From the human T2T-CHM13v2.0 reference genome, Homo sapiens, in NCBI RefSeq assembly GCF_009914755.1, contig NC_060929.1: a stretch of DNA of 64,000 nucleotides; one strand, given 5' to 3'. Of this stretch, positions 1 through 14,060 are shown piece by piece. Every line of letters starts with the position of its first letter. Positions within the stretch are counted from its first letter, which is position 1. Below the pieces are notes generated by a model. It was not told the DNA's origin, did no database searches, and was given only the letters and a program-made list of their open reading frames with translations. Position numbers and translations under genes: made by a program.

Positions 1-172
1 TGGGTTTTCTCTGTGAGCTTCCCCAGGAAACCAGCCTGGCCAACACCTTGACTTTAGCCCAGTGCAACTGACTCCACATTTCTGGCTCCAGAACTGTAAG
101 AGAATACATTTGTGTTTTGTTAAGCTAGCAAATTTGCAGTAATTTATGACAGCGCTATGAGAAACCAAAACA
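1..172 (+). mobile_element. MLT1-family (ERVL-MaLR) LTR, 3' part
   Basis: Typical MLT1 end: ...ctccagaactgtaagagaatacatttgtgttttgttaagc...gaaaccaaaaca. Confidence 0.8.
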
Positions 173-944
173 CCAGGATTATGCCCCAAGGATCCTGATG
201 CCCTCCCTCCTCTCTGCTCTGCAGTGTGCTGGAGCTCACAGGGCTCTGCTGCTGGGAGTTAGTATCTAGTCCAACACTTTACCCACTCACCCCCCAAGCT
301 AAGGGACTCCTGAAATCAGGGACCAGATGCATAATAGGTGCCCAGGAAGTGAGACTCGCCTTCCCCAGATTAAGAATAAAGAAGACAAACTATCCACGGC
401 TGCTGTGAGCCTCTCATCAGACCTCAGCTTCTAGGGCAGGGTCCCTGCCTGTCTCCAGTATGTGGCCTCTGTGTCTTCTTCGCCCTCCATCCCCACAGTG
501 GGACGAGAAGTCATCAGGAAGGCAGGGGATCTGCAGGCAGCCATCAGGGCTCTAATTGCAGCTGGCTGGGGGACCATGGGTCAGGGCTGCCACCCCCTGG
601 CTCTGTGCCTTCACCTGTGTAACGAATGGGGCACTCACAGCCCCTCTCAAGTGGTCCTGGGGATGAAGTGAGAAGGTGACATATACAAGTGAGTTATACA
701 CGTTCCTGTTCTGTCACTCACCAGTGCTCACTGGGTGGGTCACTGAACTCCCCTCAGCGTTTCCTTCTCCATCTGTAAACCACCAGTGCAAACCTTTCCC
801 AGATAGTGCTGACCCGAAGCAGGAACCAGTGCCCCTCTGCCCTCAGTAAGTCTGCCAGCAGAGGAAGCCCATAGAGGGTCTTGGGAAATGAAGCCAACAG
901 AGTCAAGAGGGTCAGATGATGAGGGACTTCAAGTGCCACCTTCA

Positions 945-1430
945 TCCCATTCTTTCTGCAAATATTCACCACACACCTACGTGACCTCAGGCTCTGTGTC
1001 AGGTCCTGGGGATGTAATGGTGTCCATGAAGAAACAAGGTCCCTGCCCTCATAGAGTGGCCTGACATATGCCCGAGGCAGTCAGCAGCCGAGTGCGGGAG
1101 ACTCTTGAGCAGAGATTGAGTGTGTTGATATCTGTAGGCATCAGCCTGGCTTTGCTGAGTGAGCTATATCAGAGTGGAGGAGGCCAGAGGCAAAGTCCAG
1201 ACTCCACTGGATCCTGGATTGAGGGGAGAAGGGGCTGGGCGGAGGAGCAGCCTGAGCACCTGCATCTCACTCCAACTGGGTGCTGATTTGTCCCCATGGC
1301 CCCAGCACCCAGGCAGGTCACCAAGTAAGCTCAAGACAAAAATGATGAGTGACTCAACAGTGTCTGGGGACAAGGGAGGGAGAGAAGAACTCAAAATGAC
1401 TGAGGTTTCCAGCTACCAGAAAAATGGAAG
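945..1430 (-). mobile_element. L2 LINE fragment(s)
   Basis: Degenerate antisense L2 3' end (caaatatt...cacctac...ggctctgtgtcagg...ggtccctgccctcatagag); boundaries approximate. Confidence 0.55.
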
Positions 1431-2049
1431 GACCTTGAAACAAATGGGCCATCAGCAGGGGACACTGGCTGGAAGCCCAGAGTCCAGTCAGCTCTGTAAG
1501 GCCCCCAGAATAGGCATTTGACTTCAAGTCACAGGCATTTCAGCAAAAGCCTCTTTGCTACAGTGATTATGGTGAAGCAGATGCCCACAGCTGAGATGGG
1601 CAACTCTCAGGCCTCCAGTGGGGACAGAGAATCCCTGGGCCCCAACATAGCTTGGCCTGAAGATCTGAGTCAGGCATCCAACCTCTTCTGCTCAGCTCTT
1701 TCAGGAAGATGTGTATACTGGCCTCTCTTGCCGCAAGGGTCCACCACCTTCCTTATGTGTGACCTAAGGCTTCTAGTGCTGGCTCAGTGGCTAATTTGAG
1801 CATAAGCACCCTTGTTGGTAAAATGAAGGATAGGTGTAGATCAGCATTTCCCAAAGTGTGTGCTTCTCAGAAAATTAGGTCCCTGGTTGTCTGTAGAGGT
1901 TACTTAACAAAGAGACTCTGTAGTTATGTTAGAAATAAATCTTATGATTACCAGGATTAGTCTCTTTAAAGCTTGTCTAGGTGGGTCACAAATCCGCCTC
2001 AGTCAGGCTTTAAATGGGGAACAGGGTTTAAATTGGATTTAAACATTTA

Positions 2050-5000
2050 AAAACCATGCTAACAAGAACCAAAAGAAAGTGAGAGTAGCTACATTGATTT
2101 CAGACAGAGCAGACTTAAGGAACATTGTTAGGGATAAGGATGGATATTACATAATAACAAAGGTGTCAATACTCCAAGAAAACATAACAATCCTTAATGT
2201 GTGTGCACCTAACAACCGAGGGTCAACATACAGAAGACAAAAAATGATATAAATGCAAGGAGGAATACATCAGTCAACTGTTACACTTGGAGGCCTTAAC
2301 ACCCCTCTACCAGAAATGGACAGATCCAGCAGGCAGAAAGTCAGTCAAGGCATAGCTGAACTCAATGACACTATCAATTAACTGGATGTAATTGACATCT
2401 GTAGGCTACTCATCCAACAAGAGCAGATATCGTATTTTTCTCAAACCCACATGGGACGTTCACCAAGATAGGCCACATTCTGAGTCATTAAACATACTTA
2501 ACAAAAGCAAAATAATAAAAATCATACAATGTCTGCTCTCAAAGCACAATGGAATCAAACTAAAAATCAATAACAAGGAGATAGCAAGAAAATCCCAAAA
2601 TACTTGGAGATTAAACAACACTCCTAAATAACATAGGTCAAAAAAGAAATCTTGAGAAATTAAAAAAAAATACTCTGAATCAACTACAGATCACACAAAC
2701 ATCAAAACAATAATAAAGGAATATTATGAACACCTCTATGCCCACAAATTTGACAACTTACATGAAATGAACCAATTCTTTAAAGTAAATAATCTGCCAA
2801 AATTCGCACAAGAAGAAATAGATAATCTTAATAGCCCTATGTCTATTACAGAAATTGAATCAATAACATCCTTTCGAAACAGAAAGCACCAGGCTCAGAT
2901 AGGCTGATTGGTGAATTCTAACAAATATTTAAGGAAGAAAATGTATCAATTCTCTACAATCTCTTCTAGAAGATAGGAACAAAGGAAATATTTCCTAACT
3001 CATTCTATGAGGCCAATATTACCCTAATACCAAAACCAGACAAAGACATCAGAAAAGAAAACTACAGACTAATATCTCTCATGAACATAGATGCAAAAAT
3101 TCTCAACAAAGTATTTGCAAATTGAGTCCAACAACGTATAAAAAGAATTATAAGCCATGACCAAGTGAGATTTATCCCAGTTATGCAAGGCTGGTCCAAC
3201 ATTTGAAAATCAGTTAATGTAACCCATCACATCAACAGGCTAAAGAAGAAAAATCATATAATCATATAAACAGATGTGGAAAAAGCATTTGACAAAATCT
3301 AACCCCCAGTTGTGATTAAAACTCTCAAAAAACAAGGAATAGAGGGGAATTTTCTCACCTTGATAAAGAACATCTACAAAAATCCTCCAGCTAACATCAT
3401 ACTTAATGGTGAGAAACTAGAAGCTTTCCTACTAAGGTACAAGGCAAGGATGTCCCCTCTCACTCCTCCTTTTCAACATCATATTGGAAGTCCTAGGTAA
3501 TGCAATGAGACAACAAAAGGAAATAAAAGGTATACACATAGGGAAGGGAAAAATAAAGCTGTTTTTGTTTCCAGATGACATGATTATCTGTATAGAAAAT
3601 TGAAAAGAATCAACAACAAAAACAAAAACCTCATGTAACTAATAAGCTATTATACTGAGGTTGCAGGATAAGGTTAATATACAAAAGTCGATCACTTTCC
3701 TATATACCAGCAATGAACAAGTAGAATATGAAATTTAAAACACACTACCATTTACATTGGTAAGGTATATCCCAAAATGAAATACTTATAATCTAAATAA
3801 GTATAAATCAAATAACATATGTACAAGATCTATATGAAGAAAACTACAAAACTCTGATGAAAGAAATCGAAGAAGAGCCAAATAAATGAAGAGTATTCCA
3901 TGTTTGTGGATAGGAAACCTTGGTATTGTCAGGTTATCAGTTCTTTCCAACTTCATCTATAGATTAAATGCAATCCCAGCCAAAATTATTGGTTATTAGC
4001 AACTATTAACAAATTATTTTATGGATATCAACAAAGTGATTTTAAAGTTTACAGAGAGAGGCAAAGACTCAGAATAGTCAATTTAATACTGAAGAAGAAG
4101 AAAAAAGTTGGAGGATTGACACAACCTGATTCAAGACTAACTCTAAAGCCATGATAATAAAGACACTGTGGTATGGGTGAAAAATAGACAAGTAGATCAA
4201 TGGAACAGAACAGAAAGCCCAGAAATAGACCCACATGAATAGAGTTGACTGATCTTTGACAAAGGAACAGAGGCAATACAGAGGAGCAAAGACAGTTTTT
4301 TCAACAAACAGTGCTAGAACAACTGGCCATCCACATTAAAAAAAAAAAAGAGTCCACACACAAACCTTGCACCCTTCACAATAATTAACTAAAAATGGGT
4401 AATAGATCTAAATATAAGACACAAAACTATAAAACTCCTAGAATATAACATGGAATCATATCTAGAAGATCCTGAGTATGGCAGTGACTTTCTAGATATA
4501 ACACCAAAGGCACAATCTGTGAAAGAAATAATTGAGAAGTTGGAATTCATTAAAATTTAAACCTCTGCCCTGTAAAAGGCAATGTTAAGAGAATGAGAAA
4601 ATAAGCCACAGACTGGGAAAAAATATTTGAAAAAATATATATCTGATAAAGGACTGTTATTCAAAGCATACAAAGAACTCTTAAAAATCAATAATTAGAA
4701 AATTAAAAATCTGATTCAAAAATAAGCAGAAGACCCGAACAGACATTTCACCAAGGAAGATATACAGATGGCAAGTAAGCATGTGAAAAAATGCTCCACA
4801 TATGTCATTAGGGAATTGCTAATTAAAACAATGATGAGATGCCACTACAGAACTCATAGAATGGCCAATATCCAAAACACTTAACAACACAAAATGTAGG
4901 TGAGAATGTGGAGAAACAGGAACTCTCATCAGTGCTTCGTGGGACTGTGCAAAACAGTACAGCTGCTTTGGAAGACAGTTTGGCAGTTTCTTACAAAACT

Positions 5001-5710
5001 AAACAGACCCTTACCATAAGATTCATCAGTCATGCCCTTTGGTATTCACCCAAGTGAACCAAAAACTTGTGTTCACACAAAAAACTGCATGTGGATGTTT
5101 ACAGCAGCTTTATTCATAATTGACAAAACTTGTAGGCCACCAAGATGTCCTTCAGTGAGCGAATGGTTAAATAAATGATGGTGCATCCTGGCAGTAGAAT
5201 ATTACTCAAGACTAAAAAGAAATGAGCTATCAAGCCAGTAGAAGGCATGGAGGAACCGTAAGTGCACATTACTAAGTGAAAAAAGCCAATCATGCTTCCA
5301 ACCATGTAACATTATGGAAAAAAGCAAAACTATGGGGACAGTAAAAAGATGGCTGGTTTCCAGGGTTGTGGGGAGGAAGGGATGATTAGGTGGAGCACAA
5401 AGGATTTTTAGGGCATTGAAACAGTTCTGTATGCTACTACAATGGTAGACATATGTCGTAATTCATTTGTCAAAACACAGAGAATGTACCAGGAGTGAAC
5501 CCTAATGTAAACTATGGACTCTGGGTGATAGTGATGTGTCATTGTAGATTCCTCAGTTATTACAAATGCATCATCCTGGTGTGGGATGTTGATGGTGGGG
5601 GAAGCTGTGCATGTGCGGGAGTAGGGAGTATATGGGAACTCTTCTACTTCCCACTTAATTTTGCAGTGAGCCTAAAACTACTCTAAAAAATAAAGTTTAT
5701 TAATCAACAA
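2050..5710 (+). mobile_element. Old L1 (L1MC1/2-like), 5'-truncated, ORF2 remnant plus 3' UTR
   Basis: Degenerate ORF2 from the endonuclease region through RT, with many stops and frameshifts and an apparent internal deletion near 2678. Ends with the L1MC-type tail aattttgcagtgagcctaaaactactctaaaaaataaagt. Confidence 0.9.
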
Positions 5711-5714
5711 AGAA

Positions 5715-6080
5715 CACAGTGAGCTGCAACTTCATAACCAGTAGATTGACAAGAATTAAGAAATTTAATAAAGAATTGATTAGAATATGGAGCAACAGGA
5801 ACTCTTACACATTACTGATGGAAAAGAAAATTGGTATACCTACTTTGTAAATAGTTTGGAAATGCCTAGAAAAGTTGAATATGACCCCAAAATGACCTAA
5901 TAATGCCACTATTAAGTATTGACCCTAAAAAATTATTGTTGAACGCATTTTTTAAGAGATAAATGCAAAAACATTTGTTGCAGTATCATTTCAACAGCAA
6001 AAACTGGAATCAATTTAAACAGCTCTCAGTGGTTGAATGAATAAACTCATTTTATGCAAAATGAAAATAAAAATAGATAT
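5715..6080 (+). mobile_element. Very old L1 (L1ME-like) 3' fragment
   Basis: atatggagcaacaggaactcttacacattactgatggaaaag...aaactggaatcaatt pattern of the L1 ORF2 3' end. Confidence 0.6.
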
Positions 6081-6904
6081 GGGAACAAGATTTACTATCA
6101 AGTGGTTTTCTCAACTTTCCTCTCTTCTTAAGAATATTTTATTTTGCCTGCCATCAAAACTTTTGTTCCAGGGCATCCATGGTCCATTGTTTAGTTTCTG
6201 CACTGAACAAAGGCTCTTGATGAAGGAGTGAGTGGGAGCTGAAATCCAGCCATGCTCTGCTCCCCAAGCCATGCATTTGGGTGCAGGCTCTGTCTCTACC
6301 CAGAGAGAGGAGGCATCTTTTACTTCAGATATTGATGTCATCTATTCCCCAAATCCAGTGCTTACAAGTCTGGATCTGCCCTGTGGGAAGTATTTTTCAA
6401 ATTCATCTACTCAGCCTGAGCATCATTTTCTAACTCACACAAAGGCATTTTTTAGATTAGTAGGAGCACTGACCTGTTCACCACCCAGCCTATCCATCCT
6501 GGTACAATCCTGTTGTAACCAAGCAGGTACCCAGGCCTTTTTAATGCAGCAGAGAAATAGGAAGTGAGGCAGGAGGGAGGCAAGGTGATGTCTTGTCTTT
6601 TCTTTGTCATGAAAAGGTCAGGAAAGGGACAGATAGAGTGAAAGAAGATTGGAAAATAAGCCAGAGAGGCTCGGTTGTTCTTCATAACAAAAAGAAGTTG
6701 GGGGTAAGTAAGAGAAAGAGCCAGGAAAGAGAGCCAGAAAAGTCCCAAAGGAGGGGTGCCCTGGGGAGCCCTCTTGTGCTTTATAGCATGAGTGGCTCCT
6801 GTGCAGTTGGGAGAAGGAAGAACATCAGAGGGGAGAGAAAAGGGAATTTTAAGAAATATTGCTAAGCGTTATAGATTAGATACCCTTTAATGTAAATATT
6901 CAAA

Positions 6905-7550
6905 TTCCTTTTTATAAAAAAAGATATATTGAAATATAATTGAAATACAAAAAAATTGTACATATTAAACATATCTGATTTTATTAGTCTGGACATATAG
7001 CCAGACCTATGAAATCACCACAATCAAGATATGAATATAACTATCACCCCCCAAAGTTTCTTCATGTCCTTTTTAATCCCACCTTCCATCCCTCCCACCC
7101 CGCCATCCCCCACCTCAGGTAACACTGATCTGCTTCCCGTCAGTAGAGAGTAGTTTGCATTTTCTACAGTTTTATCTAAATCAGCCACGCAGTATGCATT
7201 CTTGTCTGGCTTCTTTTATTCTGCATTATTCTGGGACTCATTCACGTTGTGTAACTGAATACTTCATTCCTTTTTATTGCTAAGTAGTATTGTAGTATTT
7301 CTTTGTATGGATATACCACAGTAGGCTTATTCATTCATCTATTTATAGACAATTCCAACTTTTGACTATTACAAATAAAGCTACTATGCCATTCACATAC
7401 AAATCTTTACGTGGAAATGCTTTCATTCCTCTTGGGCAAATACCTAGGGGTGGAATTGCTGGATCACATGATGGATGAAACCTTAACTTTTTAAGAAATT
7501 GCGAATTTAGGATTTTCCAAAGTAGATGTAGCATTTTATACCCACCAGCT
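6905..7550 (-). mobile_element. L1MB-like 3' end, antisense
   Basis: tattgaaatataatt...accacaatcaagata...cactgatctgcttcc...tttgcattttcta...ggtggaattgctggatcacatg. Confidence 0.8.
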
Positions 7551-7554
7551 CTCC

Positions 7555-7710
7555 ATTAATAAATTGGATTTCATCAAAAATTTAAACTTCTGCTCCAAAA
7601 GACACTCTTAACAAAGGGAAAAAGCAAGCCACAATATGAGAGGAAATATTTGCAAAGCATCTGATAAAACATGTGGATCTAAAATATGCAAGGAGAATAA
7701 CAACTCTATT
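7555..7710 (+). mobile_element. L1 ORF2 fragment in sense orientation abutting the antisense L1
   Basis: ataaattggatttcatcaaaaatttaaacttctgctccaaaagacac...gcaagccaca...aaatatttgcaaa. Confidence 0.7.
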
Positions 7711-8967
7711 TTCCACTAAGGAATGAATGACTGTACAAGGACCACATTCTAATTAGGAGCTTCTGAACCCAAAGGAATTTCAGATAAGGGGAAATTTAGG
7801 CCCAAAGCCAGGAGAAGGGGTGAGTAGGGCTTGATCTCTGCCTCTGAAGGGCAGAGGGCGTGGACTATTCTTGGCTCTTAGGGGACAGCTAGAGAAATGT
7901 GGGTCTCATGGCGACAACTCTGGACTCCATTGGAAGAACCTTCTAACAGTCAGGGCTCCCAGAGATAAACTAGACAAGTCACCAAGAGAGGCAGTGGGTA
8001 CCCCTCACAGGAGGGGTGCAAATCAAAGCCAAGGCTTGGAGTGGACCATATTAAATCCATTTCTTATCCTGTGATTCTTAGAGTCCTATCTGTATCAGGG
8101 GAAGGCAGGTGGGTTCTAGAACTTTCTAAATGTGTCCCTGTGGGTTTTTCCTTCTCCAGCTACACACAAACTTGGGCCTAATAAGAAGTCTATGGCATTA
8201 ACCCAGCAGGAATGCTTAATGCTTATATCTGACCTCAAACCAAGACTGTCTCCACAGTGAACAACCCCGTCCTGTCCCCTGGGCGTCTCCTTAGCAAATG
8301 CCATCAGTCAATGGTGCAGCCATCTTGGAGCCCTTGCCATCTATAATCTTCTACCGCCACCCCCCCAGCTGATTGTTTTCTTTGTATGTCTCCTTCCTGG
8401 ACATTACTTATTCTTTACTTTTAAATATTTGCTTCCGTAAAAAAACAAATGAATGCCTCGGACAGATTTATAAAGAACATTCCTGGAGAGGCGGGTGGAT
8501 TAATTATTCAGCATCCTCTCCCTTTGTAACTATTTATTGTCTCATATGCATTTATATGGTACCTATCACTGCAGATCTCGCTCCATGCTGGAGACATAAT
8601 TTCCAGTGACTGACTACTTGTCTAAGATATATATCGTATTGCAATACTATTTTATTTCTGACTGTAAGGGCACGTGCCACTGTTGGGTAATTGTGTTCAT
8701 GTTTTTAAATGTGAAAAATAATCAAATATAACTTGAAAGAGATTGTACAGTAATTCAAGGGGATATTAAACCACCAGGAAGTTACTCGGCAAATAAATAG
8801 GCGTTTGTGGCTGTCACGCTGAGCAATGAGGAGCTGGCTGGCTGTGGGGGAGGGGGAGACAGAGAGAGGAAGACAAAGAGGAGAGTGCAGTGTGAGTGCC
8901 TGGTTGCCAGGTTAGTTGTGTTGGGGGAAAGGAGCTTCTAATGGCCAAGAATAGAAGACCTGAAGTT

Positions 8968-9332
<365 letters not shown>

Positions 9333-9499
9333 TCACTGGATTTCCTTCGAGGTAGCCAGAAACAGAGGAAAGGGGGCATTGCCCACTTAGGGTAAAAAGT
9401 AGAGCACCGAATTGTGGAAGGCTGCAGGTTTTCATGTGTGCTTGCCCAAGTGATGTTCCATGTCAGGCTCTAGGGTCCCTGCAGGGACAGAGAGGGACT

Positions 9500-9655
9500 A
9501 ACATTTACTTACATGCCTATAGTATGTCAGGCATATACTTGTGCCTTTATATATATCAGCTCTGTTTTTGTCATTAAAACATCCCTGTAGAAAGATAGGC
9601 ACTGCTGTCCCATTTTACAGATGGGGAAACCCAAGCTCTGAGTGGTTCAGCAAAC
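9500..9655 (-). mobile_element. MIR
   Basis: Core ccccattttacagatggggaaac. Confidence 0.75.
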
Positions 9656-10160
9656 CCTGGGTGCATACCCCCACCTTGCCCCTGCAAAACCAACAAAAAA
9701 ACGAAGGCCCTGCCTTCCTGGAGCTGACATTTAGGTTGATTCTGAAAGTCAGTAGGCCCAGATTTTCACTCTTCATTTTTCTTGTTTGGAATGAGAGAGC
9801 ACACAGCTGGGTCGGGGGAAGGAGCGAGGGTCTAGGCCTGCATCCACTCACCCCAAAGGAAAGGAGTAGGGGACCAGTCTGCTGGACATGCAGACAGTGA
9901 TTGGAGAAAAGTCAGCCCAGCTATGAACCCCATTCCTTTCAGTATGAGCCAAGAGGGATGGCATCTGTCAGAGTTGCTGGATTTGGGATTTTGCATCTTG
10001 CCAAGTGTCCATGAGGAATTGGGGAAACTCTCCCCCTGGCTGGACTGAGGCTTCAGCAAGCATTGTTGCTGCCCAGTGGTGATCAGCTCAGTGTCCTTGG
10101 AAAAGAGCAGAAAGTGGTATCACGAACATATCTTCTCCTTTGCTTCCTTCTCCTCACTCT

Positions 10161-10187
10161 TCATCATCATCATCATCATCATCATCA
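10161..10187. repeat. (TCA)9 microsatellite
   Basis: Directly visible. Confidence 0.95.
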
Positions 10188-10294
10188 AATATGGATCTGT
10201 GAGGCTACCTCTGGGGTTGAAACTTGGTTTTGGGCAAAATTTGTGATGTTCTCTCTGCCCAATCCAGCCTCAGGCTACAAATGAATGTAAAAAT

Positions 10295-10710
10295 CTCTAA
10301 TTTAGTGCCAAGTAACAGAAAACAGCTCTACTTATCTTAAGCCAAAAAGAGGGACTTCTCAGAGGCATACTAATGGAGGATGGCAAGAGGGCCTCACGTG
10401 GAACCAGGGCCTGGAGCGGCACAGCATTCAGGAAGCTCAGTCTCCTTCTCTCTCTCTCTCTCATCTCTGCTTGTTTCCCTTTACCTGTAGACATGCTATC
10501 ATTTTTCCAATATCCATGGCAGAATGTGGCCACCAGTAACTCCAGGTGTATAACAGAAGCCTGGCCTCCCAGGAGAGGGTGACTTGATGCCCTTAGCTCC
10601 AGCCTTCCACTCCCACCCTGGGCCAAGCAACTGGTGGCCAGGAGGAGCTCATATTGCAGGAATATTGAAATTTTCACTAAAATCATTTGAATCGAGGAGG
10701 ACATTTCCTA
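10295..10710 (-). mobile_element. Old MLT1-type LTR
   Basis: gccaagtaacagaaaacagctctacttatcttaagccaaaaagaggg resembles the antisense start of MLT1J/K/L; boundaries approximate. Confidence 0.5.
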
Positions 10711-13079
10711 GAAAAAAGGGTGCTAGTCTGACAAGCCCACAGTGGTCCCCTTCATCTGGCAATTCATCTTCTGCAAAGGTCACACCATCCTTTTCGCTTT
10801 CCAACCTCTGCACCAGTGCCCAAGTCTGTCACTCCCTCCTCTCATTCTGAAACATCCTCTGCACTCCATTCACCAGTGCCAAGCCTTGCCCTTCTTCAGG
10901 GTTCAACTTTGTCCCACCTTCTCTGAGAAGGCTGCCCTGGTCCCTGCAACCGCTATGAGCTGCCTTTTCTGAGCTCTTCTGCTGTGGAGGATCCATGCCA
11001 TTGACCTAGGCACCCGTTTTCCACATATTGAGCATTGCTGAGCACCTATTCTGTGCCAGGCACTGTGCTTCAGGGCCATGGGGGATGCTCCAAGCGGTAA
11101 AATGCAACCAAAGCCCCGAAGGAGCTCACATTCTAGTCATGTCCACAAAGAGGTAATAAATCCATAAATTGTATGTACTATTCTAGTCACAATAAAATTG
11201 TGTCGTACTGTAATGCTGGGTATCCATTTTAAAACGGGGGGCATCGGCTGAATCTGGGTCATTACAGTAGGAAATGCATATATATAATCATTTACTCATG
11301 AATATTAATGTATTTAATGAGGGTAAAAGATATTACTTAAAGCAAAGTATTCGTTCCAGCTACTGTTGGATTTGTTCATTACTGTTTCCCATGCAGATAT
11401 TACCTGTGATTTACCTGCATATCAAGCATCTGGAAGTAGCTCAAATCCACCTGTGGGTAAATTAGGTTAGCCATTTGTTGGCAAAAATTACAGTGTTAAC
11501 TAATTTCCAGGGTATGCTTGCAGTCAGTAGTTTCATACTTAGGTACATGACTTGCATTCACATCATCTGGTTAATGGTGTGAACAGAGATTTTCTTTATG
11601 GTTTTTGGAATACAGTAAGATAATGTTAAGCTAACGTAAGTCTGTTAACAGTACCTGGTTCTGAACTGTATTTATAAGGTGTATCATAAAACCATTACTT
11701 TGGAGTTTGCCAATCTTAAATTCAGAACAATTCAAAAATGAGCCAGAATCTAGTTTGCATCATTACCACTTATAAAAATAAGGATCTGTAAGTTGGCTGG
11801 ATAAAATATATTACAAAATAATGACTTAAGTGGCTCTGGAGCCAGCACAAAAGATAAAAATTGGGTATACTCAAAATTACCTTCAAAATATCTTAAGTCA
11901 TTCTTAAAATACATGTAAATATGCCAACTCAAAATACATCCAACAAAACTAATATTTTTCCCAATTTGTTGGAAGAAATTTCTCTTTCTTTAGTTGTGCA
12001 TTAGATGAGGAAGTCAGAGTGCATTAATATTCGGGGCCCTGTTGTATAAAAATGACAGATTTTCAATGTATGCTAATATGCAGGTCACACTCGGCCCAGT
12101 GAGATGCTTGCCTAGAGGAGGCACGTGGAAGCCAAGGCCAAGGAAGGCATAATTCACTCTGGAGAACTTCTTTAGCTGGCAAAGCTCAGTTTCTCCCCGG
12201 ATCCCATTTTGCTCTGGTTGAATTCGCATGCACCAAACCAAGACCAAAGAGTTTATGATGTGGTTCCCGCCACCGTTGGCCAATAGCAATTTCTAGGCCC
12301 ACCTTCACCAAGGCAGGTCCTAGATGTGTTGCTAGGCATTTGGAGTTTACTGAGATCTGCAAAGCTGACTTCTTCCCCAGTTTCAGGTGGTTCAGGCTGT
12401 TCTTGCCTCTCCTTGGTGTGTCAGAGTAGAGGAGAAATGACTTTCAGTGCTGGGACCATAACCCTGTTTCCACTCCACTTCTGACTTGCACTGTGGGCTG
12501 AGAATTGACATTCTGCTTGGGGAAATTTTGTTCCCCCAACCGTAGCAAAGTTTAATTACCATGTTCCCGCTGTGGGGGGAAATCCTATTCAAGAAACCAG
12601 CCTCTCTCAAATCAATCAGTCATCTTGCTCATTGACCAATGGTTCGGCCACCCGGCAAGAAATTAGAAAAATCTATGCATAGGAGAAAGCTTTCCAACAG
12701 CCCTGGAAAGGCCTTGGGCCCCAAAGGGCTAGTATGAGGTTGAGGTGGGGGAGAGCAAGAGAGGACAAAACAGGCTGGGTACTGACCTTCCTCGTACTCC
12801 ATGGCTCAGAACTCTGACCTCTTGCCAACCTGCCTTCCGCAAGCAGCGAGAGTAGCACGGCTCTGAGGGGCATGGCCAGGGAGGATGTGACCTCTAAGTG
12901 CTCCAAGTCACTGGGAACCCTGTTCTAATAATAGGCAAAGCTTCAGTTGATGGAGTGCCTATATGGGCCCAGCCCTGTGAACAGCTTCCTCTCAGTTTTC
13001 CCAGAATGAAGCTCAGTGCACACACTAAGTGTGCAAGAAACACACAAGAATTAATTGCAATTTTAAGTCCTTGTGACAA

Positions 13080-13470
13080 TCCCAGGCCTGCATCTGCAGG
13101 GAGTTTTATGAAGGCTGTTTATAGAATTGCGGGAGGGGTTAAGAGAAAGACAAGAGAGTGTGAAATGCCCCAGAACTAGTAGCAGGAAGCTACTACCATC
13201 CCTGAGCCTGAAGGACAGAACCCAGAGAGACAGACCTGTGCTGTAGGTCAGGGCCCCCCAGTGTGAGCCTCAGCTGCCGCTGCCAGTCCCCAACTCAACA
13301 GGAGAGAGCTGGACAATAAAGACCCTGTGAGCACCCACAACTTCCCATTGGCTGCATCCTGTTAGAATCTAGAGGTCATGGGAGCCTGGGAGAGGCCACC
13401 CATGAAGATCAGCTTCCAGGGGCAGAGAGCAGAGTGGACATGGAGGGGCAAATGGGGACCGTCCAGCACA
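13080..13470. mobile_element. Old ERVL-MaLR LTR (MLT1M/N/O-like)
   Basis: cttcccattggc...agaggtcatgggagcc...cagcttccaggggcagagagcag...tggaggggcaaatgg...ccagcaca. Confidence 0.6.
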
Positions 13471-13587
13471 GTCACCATCTCATAGACATTTTCCTCCACC
13501 TCCTACCTCGAGTAGCCAGTAGGGTTCCAGCCGGACTGTGGAGCATCATCCCAACAACTGCATGGCTGCTTCCCACTGTCCCTTTAA

Positions 13588-14060
<473 letters not shown>

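Noticed and set aside
2392-5686. ORFs with L1 ORF2-like peptides
   Set aside because: Fragments of a dead L1M element broken by stops and frameshifts.
10063-10284. Poly-His ORF
   Set aside because: Artefact of the (TCA)9 microsatellite.
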